Source of the DNA: a virus
Taxonomy: Duplodnaviria > Caudoviricetes
Length of the DNA stretch: 38,467 bases
IMG/VR virus record: IMGVR_UViG_3300046048_000504
Coordinates: 1 to 38,467 of that record
Direction: 5' to 3' (one strand)
In this document: positions 7,134 through 15,971 of the stretch, piece after piece
Layout: each line of letters starts with the position of its first letter
How positions within the stretch are numbered: position 1 is the first letter of the stretch
The notes under the pieces: generated by a model
What the model saw: the letters and a program-made list of their open reading frames with translations, nothing else
Database searches by the model: none
What the model was told of the DNA's origin: nothing
Translations under genes and position numbers: made by a program

Positions 7134-8795
7134 TTAAATTTTTGCTGTTATTGTGTCCTCGATCACCGTAGCTGAAATCTCAGCATATACATAGGTCATT
7201 TGTATAGACTCTATTAATACGATTGTTTCTGATGACTTTTCAATTAAATCTTTAACATACGTTACGGTTTCATATCCGGTAGCCCCTACAGTAAACCTAA
7301 ACGGCCCTAATTCAATAAAATCTGCCGAAACCGCAAAATAACCGGCAGCATTATCCTCTTTATTTATTGCATAATATGAAAGAACCTCCTCGGTAATTAT
7401 TCCAGTTGGGCCAGTATCAACAGAAAACACTAAATTCTCGTCTTTATCTAAACACGTAATTGTTGCACCATCAATAGGTTCTCCATTGTTATTCACAACA
7501 TTAAATATTGCCTCAAAATAATGTTCAAGTCGACAGAAATTATCAACACCCCCAGCAGCGTACATATACGCATTAATACTTGTCATCATCCAATCTTTAA
7601 CTGCCGGAGCGTCCAACCAATTAGCATCCGAATATGTGCTTGCCACAAAGAAAGTAACATTGACAAATTTAGCGTTAACATTTCTTACCGGATAACACAA
7701 CCAATGGTAAGTACCATACTTGAAATAGATCGTGGAATTTCTAATCTCCCAATTATAGTATACAGCAAGAGTAAGGCTTTCAAAACGAACATTATCTATT
7801 AAATCACCCTCTTGCGGTAAAGAAGCACTACCTGAAGGTGGTAGTATGATAGACCAATACCCACCTTTCGCTAATACTAAAGGGTTATTCTCATAAGCAA
7901 ATCCACCATCAAATATGAAGTTGACCATATTTGAATCATCTCCAAAGATAAACCTACCATATGCTAACTCCTCACTTAAACCTTTTATCATATAATCATT
8001 GCAATCCATCTTTCCGAAGTAGCTATATAACGGATATACGCACGTACTTTGTGGTATTACCAACTCACACCTTCCTCTTGTGTTTGTTACATAACCGTGC
8101 CAATAAACTGTGCTATCCTTATTCCAAATAGCATAACAATAAATATATCCCTCTCTCCACTCAAACCTGCATAAAGAATAGTTACTGTCCGCTAAATCAA
8201 TTTTTAAATTTGCAGCCACACCGTATTGTCCTATATCAATATAATCCTGTCCCTCAATCATTGCTGATCCTCTAACAGCATTAGCAAAATCAGCTATGTA
8301 AAAATAACTTGAATCTGAATCTGGCCTTATCTCCACCTTCCACGCTCCTTTATCCAATGCCAAACCATGAGGTTTCATATCAAATCTCTCATAATGTAGC
8401 GGGTGCCATACCCATATTACAGACACGTGCTGTAATCGTGTGGCGGTATCTATAAAATTTTGAGCTGGGAATAATGACCACCCATAACCATTCAACCATC
8501 TACCATCTGAGTCTGTTCCTGTCGTAAGTGGTTTTATAATCACATACAAATGAGTTGCTGGCGACGTTACAGAAACGTCAAATGTGATAGAGTCATTTAG
8601 AGCAAGCGTAACCGGATAATAAGTAGTTTCACTCCACCCAACCATTGTATTTTCCCTATTATGAGCAAATCCATCATAAGCAATAAAAGCCAGCATATAA
8701 TCTCCAGCAGCAAACTCCCCTTGTCCTGTGTTCAGGGTTACACTGTTAACCGTAGGTTTCGGTGGCGGTGCTATGAACGTAAACGTGAATGCCAT
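7134..8795 (-). CDS. putative receptor-binding/appendage protein (beta-helix-like core, C-terminal carboxypeptidase-regulatory-like domain)
   Basis: Aromatic beta-rich core; C-terminal VVNNNGEPIDGATIT...FTVGATGYET; visibly more AT-rich than the flanks. Confidence 0.55.
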   Translation of the reverse strand: MAFTFTFIAPPPKPTVNSVTLNTGQGEFAAGDYMLAFIAYDGFAHNRENTMVGWSETTYYPVTLALNDSITFDVSVTSPATHLYVIIKPLTTGTDSDGRWLNGYGWSLFPAQNFIDTATRLQHVSVIWVWHPLHYERFDMKPHGLALDKGAWKVEIRPDSDSSYFYIADFANAVRGSAMIEGQDYIDIGQYGVAANLKIDLADSNYSLCRFEWREGYIYCYAIWNKDSTVYWHGYVTNTRGRCELVIPQSTCVYPLYSYFGKMDCNDYMIKGLSEELAYGRFIFGDDSNMVNFIFDGGFAYENNPLVLAKGGYWSIILPPSGSASLPQEGDLIDNVRFESLTLAVYYNWEIRNSTIYFKYGTYHWLCYPVRNVNAKFVNVTFFVASTYSDANWLDAPAVKDWMMTSINAYMYAAGGVDNFCRLEHYFEAIFNVVNNNGEPIDGATITCLDKDENLVFSVDTGPTGIITEEVLSYYAINKEDNAAGYFAVSADFIELGPFRFTVGATGYETVTYVKDLIEKSSETIVLIESIQMTYVYAEISATVIEDTITAKI

Positions 8796-11700
8796 TACAT
8801 TACCATATTTGAATCTTCATCTACAATAATACCCTCCACCGTGTCCTCTGTGGCTGACATCCGGATTGCCTCGTCCGTTATCAGTATCTCAACATCCTTG
8901 TCCGGTAGGACCATTCTGAACTCCTCCCAGCGAATCAGCCCGTCCAGTTCAGGCTCTAAAATACTGCATTTTATCCGGTCCTCAGTAAGAACAGCGAAAA
9001 TCGGATTCCATTCCCTCCCGACAGCTCTCAGAATACCCTCAACAATCGACCGGCTGACAGTAGTCCCTCCCAGCATACCAGTCGCCCCCAAATTAGCCGA
9101 TATTTCGGACGATGTGACCACAGTGACACTGAGAGCCGTCCGACCCTTCAAAGTGCCAGAAATGGAGCTGTGGGAGTCTGTGGAGCCGGAAATCGGCACT
9201 TTTGCCTGTAGTTTACCTCGGACGGTGGTCCCGGTTATGATTCTGACCCCTAAATCGGAATATCTGTGGATAACATTTCCCGACACCGTCGAGGACCCTG
9301 AACTGACCCCTGAAATGTTCTCCACGTGTGTTTTTGCGGTCAAGGCCCCTGAGATGGTTGTCGAGGTCAGGACCGTACCGGAAACAGGACCTTTGGACTG
9401 TACGTGGCCAGTGACAGCACTCAGGCCAGTGGTGGAGCCACTTATTAACCCAATAGCAGATAAATGAGTTGTTGTGCTGGTCCCCGTGGTAATGGCTCCA
9501 GACAATTCTCCACGGGCTGAAATGGTCCCTGTGGCGAGGGTGGACCCGGAAATGGACCCTGAGAGCGGTCCCATGCTTTGCAGATAGCCCGATATGCTGG
9601 AGCCGGTGGTAATGGTCCCACTGATCGGAACCACGGCCCGGAGATGTCCAGAAACGGTCGAGCTGGTATAAATGGTCCCTCCAAAAATGGCCGTCGCATT
9701 TATGTCTCCATAAACAGTCGATCCGGTCAGGATGGTAACCGTCACGGGGAACCTGCCGACAATATCAGCCGTGGCCACTGTGGACCCATAGATCGGATCA
9801 CCGGATATTTTGACCCTCTCCCGTTTCCATAGATCAGCCGACACGGTCGATCCTGCAGAGATAGTCCCAGTGATCGACTTGTAATTCGGTTTCATGATCA
9901 GGTCCCCGGAGACGGTGGAGGACCCGGTTATGGTCCCGGACAGATCATTCCAGTTGCCAATGATGTCCCCGGAGAGGATCGTGGCCGTTTGGATGGTCCC
10001 GGAAATATATTTCGTGTTGCCAGCGTAATGAATAGCTCCCGAAACACTCGTCGATCCGGAGGCCGTACCGGAGATGAATGAACCATGAGATTTGGAAACA
10101 CAATCTCCGGTAACGGTCGAGGATGTTGTGATCGTCCCGGATATATTGTAAATCCCTGCGAAATGAGCCGACACTATTGACCCTGTGGTGATCACCCCAG
10201 AAATAGAACCGACCCCGCTCAGATCACCCGACAGGGTGGTTGAGGTTGATACCTCCACGGAAATCTCTCCACGACCAATGATGTCCCCTGCCTGTGACGT
10301 GCTGCCGGAAGTTGATCCGGAGAGATGTCTGTAATGCCCGGAAAGGTGTCCGGATGTTCCAGAAACACCTGAAATCGTTCCAGAACCGTACTTTTTCGTT
10401 ACACCATTGACCGAAATCGTCGTTCCTGTGATTATGGTCCCGGAGATAGGAACAGTGGCCTGTAGGTGTCCGGAGAGGGTGGAGGAGGTTGTTATTGTCC
10501 CGCTCCCATGCCTCCAACTCCTCAAAGATTCACCCGTGACGGTACTGGACCCGTAAATGGTTCCCCAAATGTATTCTTTATGGACCCCGGTCCCTACATA
10601 GGCCGTCACAAAGGAGCTGCCGTCTGCCGTTCCATTGATCTGAGCGGTCCCGACCAAATGGCCGGTGATCACACTGGACCCGTCGATGGTCCCATGGATG
10701 GATGTCCGGCTGGACAGATCGGCAGAGACGGTTGAGGACCCTGTGATTGATCCGGAGAGCTGGACCGATCCTCTCAGGTCACCTGTGATAGTGCTGCCGG
10801 TCGTCACTGTGGTTGTCAGGTAGCCATGGCCAACAATTACACCCGTCACTGTACTGGTCCCATAGACCGTCCCTTCCAGCTCGGTCGATCCCTTCAAATC
10901 ACCACTCACTGTCGAGCTGGTTGAGACGGCTACAGTCAGCTCAGTTTTCCCGACTATGGCACCGGAAACTGTCGAGCTGGTAAATATTTGTCCGACTATC
11001 GAGGCACCATTAAGACAGCTACCAGTAACAGTTGACCCGGTGCTGATGGTCCCCGAAATAGGATTGTATGTTGATAAATGAGCGGTGACGGTTGAATCAG
11101 TGGTCACGGCTCCGGATATACTGCCAGTCCCGGCCAGATCACCGGTGACGGTCGAATCGGTTAAAATGCTCCCCGTTATCAACCCGAACCCGGACAGGTG
11201 TGCTGTTGTGGTCGTCCCCGTGGTGATTGTCCCACTCACTGCGGAGCTGGTCAGTATTCCGGTTAGGGCTGAACTGCCGGAGCTGGTTCCGGAAATATGA
11301 GCATAGCCAACTATGTCTCCGGATGCGGTTGTCCAGTTATAAATCGTATAAGTACCCTTGATCAGTCCATAGCCCGAAAGGTGTGCGGATGCGGTTGTCC
11401 AGTTATAAATCGTATAAGTACCCTTGATCAGTCCATAGCCCGAAAGGTGTGCGGTGGTGCTGGAACTGGCTGTAATCGTTCCGGATATGAATTTCCTCCA
11501 TGTGTCGATTGTCAGATCACCGGTTACGGTCGAATCCGTGGAGACGGTGCCGGAGATAGACCCCGTACCGGATAAATCACCGATGACCGTCGAATCTGTT
11601 GAGATAGTCCCGGAAACAGACCCTCTCCCGGTCAAGGCACCCGTAACGGTCGAGTCTGAGGTTATTGTTCCGGTCCCGTAAATGGTGGTCGTATATGAAA

Positions 11701-13708
11701 TCTCCTCCCCCGGATTGTTATATAACCAACTGACCTCTGTGGAGTCAAGGGTAACGTTGTAAATCTGAATATCTTTGAGTTTCCCGTTCATCCGGTAATT
11801 GATACCGTACCACCGGGAGCCGATCTGAAACTGAGAGGCTGCTTTTATGTATTCACTCCCCGTGTTGTCTGAACTGGTTGCGTTCGATCCATTCAGATAA
11901 ATCTTTGTCTCCTCTGCCGAATGATCGTATGTAACAACCACATGATACCACGTGCTTACTGAAATAGCGGAAGATGCTGTATTACAAGTGTAATAGCTAT
12001 CAACAGTGTAATACAACCTAACTTGCAGGAGGTCGCTCGGATCGTAACAGGTGATCCAGATACCACCATCATAGGTCGTGCCATTGAACATCGAATCCTC
12101 AAACCCATACGACCCGAAAATATGCTGGAATGTCCCCGTGGAAAGAGTGTCGAAATAAACCCAAAACGAAAATGACCAGTTTGTCATTTTCAATGGTAAA
12201 TGAGTTAATTGAACACTCTGATTGGTTCCGTCCAAATCCAGAGCATACGTCCCAAACGGAATGTTGTATGTGGTATCGTCAACAAAGGTCGCTCCAGCAT
12301 CGGCCAGATCGAGCATTGCAAGTCCATTTGCAACATCCTCCCAGCTATTTTCCAGCGTCCAGTGACCAAGAAGGTATCTGTCCTCCTGAAATTCCTGCAG
12401 CCAGATATGGCCGGAGTTATCAGCCATATAAGTCCAAGCCGTCGCATCCAGATAACCTGAGAAAATAACAAGGTCGTCCTGATACCCGTAAGCGTCTCCT
12501 CCGGAATCAAAGTCCAGACCGGCCCGGATGTCTCCATTAACCGGAAAATCGGTTTCGCAATCGTCGTCCGTGGAAGTTATATCAACCCCGTCCTGAAATA
12601 TCTCCACCGTACCGGAATCCCGATCAAAGGAAACTCCGAAATGATATGCTGTTCCTGAGACATAGGTCGGAGCGTCCGAATAGGCATACGACGTGTTCGT
12701 TCCATCTGAGGTCATTACCTCGATCCGGGTATTCGCATAGTCGTAATTGATCCTCCACCCAGCATTATCTCCCATGCTGTCCAGATTCCCAACCATTGTA
12801 TGTTTACCCGAACCACCGAAAACTTTCCACCAAAGTCCGACCGAGAACTTTCCACCCCTCAGCCCGATCTGCCTGTTGGTTTGAAAAAACGAGTTTGCAG
12901 CATTGGTGCTGAGACATCTCTCTCCCTCAACCTCATACGTCGAGTTTTGTGTCGCACTGCCTCCTACATACCCCGGAACATAGCTGATATAATCGTTATA
13001 GTAATATCCCGATCCCGGTGGTGCATGATATTCCCATCTCCAGCGATAAATTGGAATAATTTCGGTAATTACCTCTCCGACATACCCTCCGGGGTTGTAG
13101 TACAGCCAGAGACATTCCGATGAACTCAGAACCTCGTCATAAATCTGAATGTCGTCCATGTAGCCGTAAAGCTGACTGCTTGGTCCCGGACCCTGTGTAA
13201 AATAGAGAGGTCCTGTCAGGTTGAAATCCGTCGCACAATCGTCGTCCGTATTGGAAACGTCCTCTCCATTAACATAGATTTTAACGTTGTCTCCTGTTGA
13301 ACGATCACACGTAACAACTATATGATTTGACTCAGTGGTGTCAAGGGTCACCGTGTCGGAGATTGCTTGGTAGAGCGTGGTTCCATTGTCGGACGTGAAC
13401 CTGATCTTATTGGTTGAATCCACCATAATAGCGAATCCATCCGTATCATAATCAGCGTTCCCGACCAGATACCTCCACGTACTCCAGCTATCCTTCCTGA
13501 CCCAAAAGGAAATAGTAAATTCATCGGTAAGCGTTAACGAATCCGTATAAGCACCATCACCGGACGAATTGTTTGCGTCCAGCATATACGGGCCATAGAT
13601 CGACGACTGTTGGAGATTAAGTTTTGCACCCGATAACGGGTACGCCTCCTTATTTCCAATATCGTCCCTCCAGTGACCGTTAAACGTCCACCGATGAATT
13701 AAGGCCAT
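8795..13708 (-). CDS. 1637-aa virion appendage protein: three LamG-like domains plus a long Ser/Thr/Gly ~20-aa repeat stalk
   Basis: Three jelly-roll units (FTISFWV..HIVVT..IYVNG..MDDIQIYD; FSVGLWW..HFGVSFD..QDDLVIF; FSFWV..WYHVVVTYD..LKDIQIYN), then roughly 40 repeats of the type ISGTITTGSTVTGxL. Confidence 0.8.
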   Translation of the reverse strand: MALIHRWTFNGHWRDDIGNKEAYPLSGAKLNLQQSSIYGPYMLDANNSSGDGAYTDSLTLTDEFTISFWVRKDSWSTWRYLVGNADYDTDGFAIMVDSTNKIRFTSDNGTTLYQAISDTVTLDTTESNHIVVTCDRSTGDNVKIYVNGEDVSNTDDDCATDFNLTGPLYFTQGPGPSSQLYGYMDDIQIYDEVLSSSECLWLYYNPGGYVGEVITEIIPIYRWRWEYHAPPGSGYYYNDYISYVPGYVGGSATQNSTYEVEGERCLSTNAANSFFQTNRQIGLRGGKFSVGLWWKVFGGSGKHTMVGNLDSMGDNAGWRINYDYANTRIEVMTSDGTNTSYAYSDAPTYVSGTAYHFGVSFDRDSGTVEIFQDGVDITSTDDDCETDFPVNGDIRAGLDFDSGGDAYGYQDDLVIFSGYLDATAWTYMADNSGHIWLQEFQEDRYLLGHWTLENSWEDVANGLAMLDLADAGATFVDDTTYNIPFGTYALDLDGTNQSVQLTHLPLKMTNWSFSFWVYFDTLSTGTFQHIFGSYGFEDSMFNGTTYDGGIWITCYDPSDLLQVRLYYTVDSYYTCNTASSAISVSTWYHVVVTYDHSAEETKIYLNGSNATSSDNTGSEYIKAASQFQIGSRWYGINYRMNGKLKDIQIYNVTLDSTEVSWLYNNPGEEISYTTTIYGTGTITSDSTVTGALTGRGSVSGTISTDSTVIGDLSGTGSISGTVSTDSTVTGDLTIDTWRKFISGTITASSSTTAHLSGYGLIKGTYTIYNWTTASAHLSGYGLIKGTYTIYNWTTASGDIVGYAHISGTSSGSSALTGILTSSAVSGTITTGTTTTAHLSGFGLITGSILTDSTVTGDLAGTGSISGAVTTDSTVTAHLSTYNPISGTISTGSTVTGSCLNGASIVGQIFTSSTVSGAIVGKTELTVAVSTSSTVSGDLKGSTELEGTVYGTSTVTGVIVGHGYLTTTVTTGSTITGDLRGSVQLSGSITGSSTVSADLSSRTSIHGTIDGSSVITGHLVGTAQINGTADGSSFVTAYVGTGVHKEYIWGTIYGSSTVTGESLRSWRHGSGTITTSSTLSGHLQATVPISGTIITGTTISVNGVTKKYGSGTISGVSGTSGHLSGHYRHLSGSTSGSTSQAGDIIGRGEISVEVSTSTTLSGDLSGVGSISGVITTGSIVSAHFAGIYNISGTITTSSTVTGDCVSKSHGSFISGTASGSTSVSGAIHYAGNTKYISGTIQTATILSGDIIGNWNDLSGTITGSSTVSGDLIMKPNYKSITGTISAGSTVSADLWKRERVKISGDPIYGSTVATADIVGRFPVTVTILTGSTVYGDINATAIFGGTIYTSSTVSGHLRAVVPISGTITTGSSISGYLQSMGPLSGSISGSTLATGTISARGELSGAITTGTSTTTHLSAIGLISGSTTGLSAVTGHVQSKGPVSGTVLTSTTISGALTAKTHVENISGVSSGSSTVSGNVIHRYSDLGVRIITGTTVRGKLQAKVPISGSTDSHSSISGTLKGRTALSVTVVTSSEISANLGATGMLGGTTVSRSIVEGILRAVGREWNPIFAVLTEDRIKCSILEPELDGLIRWEEFRMVLPDKDVEILITDEAIRMSATEDTVEGIIVDEDSNMVM
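11320..11454. repeat. exact in-frame 66-bp tandem duplication
   Basis: CGGATGCGGTTGTCCAG...CCGAAAGGTGTG occurs twice, giving AHLSGYGLIKGTYTIYNWTTAS twice in the protein. Confidence 0.95.
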
Positions 13709-13712
13709 TGGA

Positions 13713-14150
13713 TTAGTCCTCTGTTACCTCAATGGCTCCAATAATGAACTCAGGAATGATCCCAACAGAAATAGCCAGAGAGCTGTCCAAAGCACCATGG
13801 AAAATAAGGTCCTGAACGCTTGCGGTCCCGGCCTTGCAAATTCCAAAGTGGGTTGCGGTGTTCGACCCCACAGTACATTCACCGAATGTCACTGCTGCGG
13901 TGTTCGTACAGGTATCACCTGATACGGTCCATCCTCCGGAGGTCCTTGCAACTGCGACCCTCGCATACCCTGTGTAATCACACTCTCCTGTTACCGTTCC
14001 AGAGTCAGTCGGATCACTCTCAAAGAGTGCCACATAAAGACTCCCAGCAGTTGTACTGCCCCTCAGTCCATCAGAACCGATCCCTGATACGGTGGTGTTG
14101 TTGAATACCAGCTCCAAAAAGTCTGTTTCAAACGTGTTTGTCTTACTCAT
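13713..14150 (-). CDS. small virion structural protein (fibre-associated family)
   Basis: LYVALFESDP...ECDYTGYARVAV...NTAAVTFG...ATHFGI motif set, typical of small phage structural proteins that precede repeat-rich fibres. Confidence 0.7.
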   Translation of the reverse strand: MSKTNTFETDFLELVFNNTTVSGIGSDGLRGSTTAGSLYVALFESDPTDSGTVTGECDYTGYARVAVARTSGGWTVSGDTCTNTAAVTFGECTVGSNTATHFGICKAGTASVQDLIFHGALDSSLAISVGIIPEFIIGAIEVTED

Positions 14151-14161
14151 TTCTCTAATTT

Positions 14162-14491
14162 TTAACTGTTAACAAAATTCACTAATAAGTTATAGTCATC
14201 CTCATACTGGACCGGCAACAGGCCAGCATCGTAAATAGGTTGCACCTTTGAAAGCAAAATGGCTGCTGCTGTTTTGATCACCTGCGCCTGACTATCCCAC
14301 ATGATTGACATTTCCGTGTTCCAGAAATCCAGTGTCTCCTGATCCGGGATTGTTTTGTTATAATCCGGGAGGCTCAAATATTCCTGTTTCAGCGATTGGT
14401 ATTGCTGAATGAGTGCGGTCAGGTCGATGTCGGCCTGATCCTGCTTAATGACCACTGTCGGGTCTGCTGTTGCTATGTATGTTGTACTCAT
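14162..14491 (-). CDS. hypothetical helical protein
   Basis: ORF coupled to the upstream gene by an ATGA overlap. Confidence 0.7.
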   Translation of the reverse strand: MSTTYIATADPTVVIKQDQADIDLTALIQQYQSLKQEYLSLPDYNKTIPDQETLDFWNTEMSIMWDSQAQVIKTAAAILLSKVQPIYDAGLLPVQYEDDYNLLVNFVNS

Positions 14492-14784
14492 GATATATCT
14501 CCCTCCTCATAGATTTCAACTTTACTTGCCTCTCCCGGAACGACCCCGGAGGGGAATGTTATGTAAGCCCAAAACGTCCATTCACCGGACTGGTCCAGAT
14601 CGTCCGCACTGTCCACGTCATAGTAAATGATCCCTCCAGTGGCATCAGACACGGTTGCAGCAAAGGACCCGGTTGCTCCGCTCGGTTTTATGAACTTGAT
14701 TTCCTGATCGGTTGCCAGTGTCAGGTCCGTTCCTGTCAGAACCTCGATTTTCAGGGCTGTTTGCCCTTTGAATATTTTTCCCAT
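14488..14784 (-). CDS. BppU N-terminal-like adaptor protein
   Basis: IFKGQ...DLTLAT...KPSG...GIIYY...DLDQSGEWTFWAYITF...G pattern. Confidence 0.65.
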   Translation of the reverse strand: MGKIFKGQTALKIEVLTGTDLTLATDQEIKFIKPSGATGSFAATVSDATGGIIYYDVDSADDLDQSGEWTFWAYITFPSGVVPGEASKVEIYEEGDIS

Positions 14785-14785
14785 A

Positions 14786-14944
14786 TCATTTCAATTTACT
14801 TGTTAGTCGAATATGCTGCAAAAGGGAGCTGACCCTCTGCAGGAACATGGTCACCCAGCTCTCCTGCCGGATGGACACCGTCACGGCACTATCGCACTGC
14901 TGTTCCATTGTCACCAATGACTCTATTCTCAAAGATTCTAACAT
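14786..14944 (-). CDS. 52-aa peptide made of 10-residue strand-like repeats
   Basis: Hand-translated MLESLRIESLVTMEQQCDSAVTVSIRQESWVTMFLQRVSSLLQHIRLTSKLK; exactly fills the gap between neighbours. Confidence 0.65.
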   Translation of the reverse strand: MLESLRIESLVTMEQQCDSAVTVSIRQESWVTMFLQRVSSLLQHIRLTSKLK

Positions 14945-15315
14945 GGTGAATCAATTTTAAGTATTTTCTTAACGAACGACTCGATCCGGAGGAAAATTAT
15001 GGTGATTTTAGTATTCATTTCTCCCGTCACCGTTGTAAAGGTGTGAACGGCTCCTGAGATTTTCGCCACGGCTCTCCATGTAGCCGATAATGTGCTGGAC
15101 CCTGCAATACTTCCAAGGATTCTACCAACAGCCCTCCATGTTGCTGAGGTTGTTGAATACCCGAAAGCGTTCCCGGTCATCCTCCCATAACCAATAACAA
15201 CCCCATCCACAGTCGTCATGGTGACCACCGTCCCGGAGCCATAAATCTTATTCCCTCCACCGGTGTAAAGTGGAATGAATAGGATTCCGGAGTTGCTATT
15301 TACAAAGAGAATCAT
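14938..15315 (-). CDS. short repeat protein related to the stalk of the 1637-aa protein
   Basis: IYGSGTVVT...ILGSIAGSSTLSATWRAVAKISGAVHTFTTVTG, about four 20-aa repeats. Confidence 0.65.
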   Translation of the reverse strand: MILFVNSNSGILFIPLYTGGGNKIYGSGTVVTMTTVDGVVIGYGRMTGNAFGYSTTSATWRAVGRILGSIAGSSTLSATWRAVAKISGAVHTFTTVTGEMNTKITIIFLRIESFVKKILKIDSPC

Positions 15316-15836
15316 AATGGTATTCGTTCACCGTTTGCAAGGTTATATTGTCTAAATGGAGTAACCTCGTCATCCTCATATACTGTAATCACATCACCTG
15401 ATTTTGTAACCTTGTTCGCAACCATTTTAAGTGTTTCGACCAATGCGTCCTGCTGAATCAGTGTTGCCGACGTGCTTTGAGCAAGGACGACCGTTGTATA
15501 AGCTGTAGGGTAGATGGGAACCATCGGGTCCCCGTCTGAATCCACTGCCACAAGGTTCCCTCCACTTGCGTTACAGATAATAAACGACGGTCCTGTTCTG
15601 GCCTCAAAAGCAAGTTGAGCATTTAACAGAATTATAGTCAATCCAACCGTCACCCCTCCTCCCAGTGGTTCCTTTCCGGCTCCTGAAATGATTGAGTCCT
15701 CGTCCAATTGATCAATTTCAGCATCTCTACAGGTGTCATAAAGGTCCTGCATACTTATCTCAATGCTGGGTGAATCCACTGTTATGATTCTCGGACTGGA
15801 GTCCCAGTCGAACGTTATATCATTTCTTACTGCCAT
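15312..15836 (-). CDS. putative virion structural protein
   Basis: Beta-rich and acidic; N-terminus DITFDWD...IITV resembles that of 15972..17675. Confidence 0.6.
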   Translation of the reverse strand: MAVRNDITFDWDSSPRIITVDSPSIEISMQDLYDTCRDAEIDQLDEDSIISGAGKEPLGGGVTVGLTIILLNAQLAFEARTGPSFIICNASGGNLVAVDSDGDPMVPIYPTAYTTVVLAQSTSATLIQQDALVETLKMVANKVTKSGDVITVYEDDEVTPFRQYNLANGERIPL

Positions 15837-15969
15837 TTTTCACAGCTTTTTGATATGATTCCTCTACCTGTTGAGCTATCAACCTCAGCTCGTCAGCGGT
15901 GAAATTCCCGTTCAGGGAAATCCACCTCTGACCAGCATAAAGTTGCCCTATTCTCTCAGACTTATCCAT
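15820..15969 (-). CDS. small hypothetical protein (49 aa)
   Basis: Hand-translated MDKSERIGQLYAGQRWISLNGNFTADELRLIAQQVEESYQKAVKNGSKK; fills the gap between neighbours. Confidence 0.6.
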   Translation of the reverse strand: MDKSERIGQLYAGQRWISLNGNFTADELRLIAQQVEESYQKAVKNGSKK

Positions 15970-15971
15970 TA

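Noticed and set aside
11320-11454. Duplication as a DGR template/variable repeat pair
   Set aside because: The copies are adjacent and identical with no adenine-specific mismatches, and there is no reverse transcriptase in the window.
11085-11665. Repeated DSTV as Bacteroidota O-glycosylation sequons
   Set aside because: That pathway acts on exported proteins, this protein has no signal peptide, and the motif is expected from the repeat's composition.
14786-15315. Frameshift fusion of the 125-aa and 52-aa ORFs
   Set aside because: A TGA lies just upstream of the ATG in the second frame and no slippery heptamer is present.
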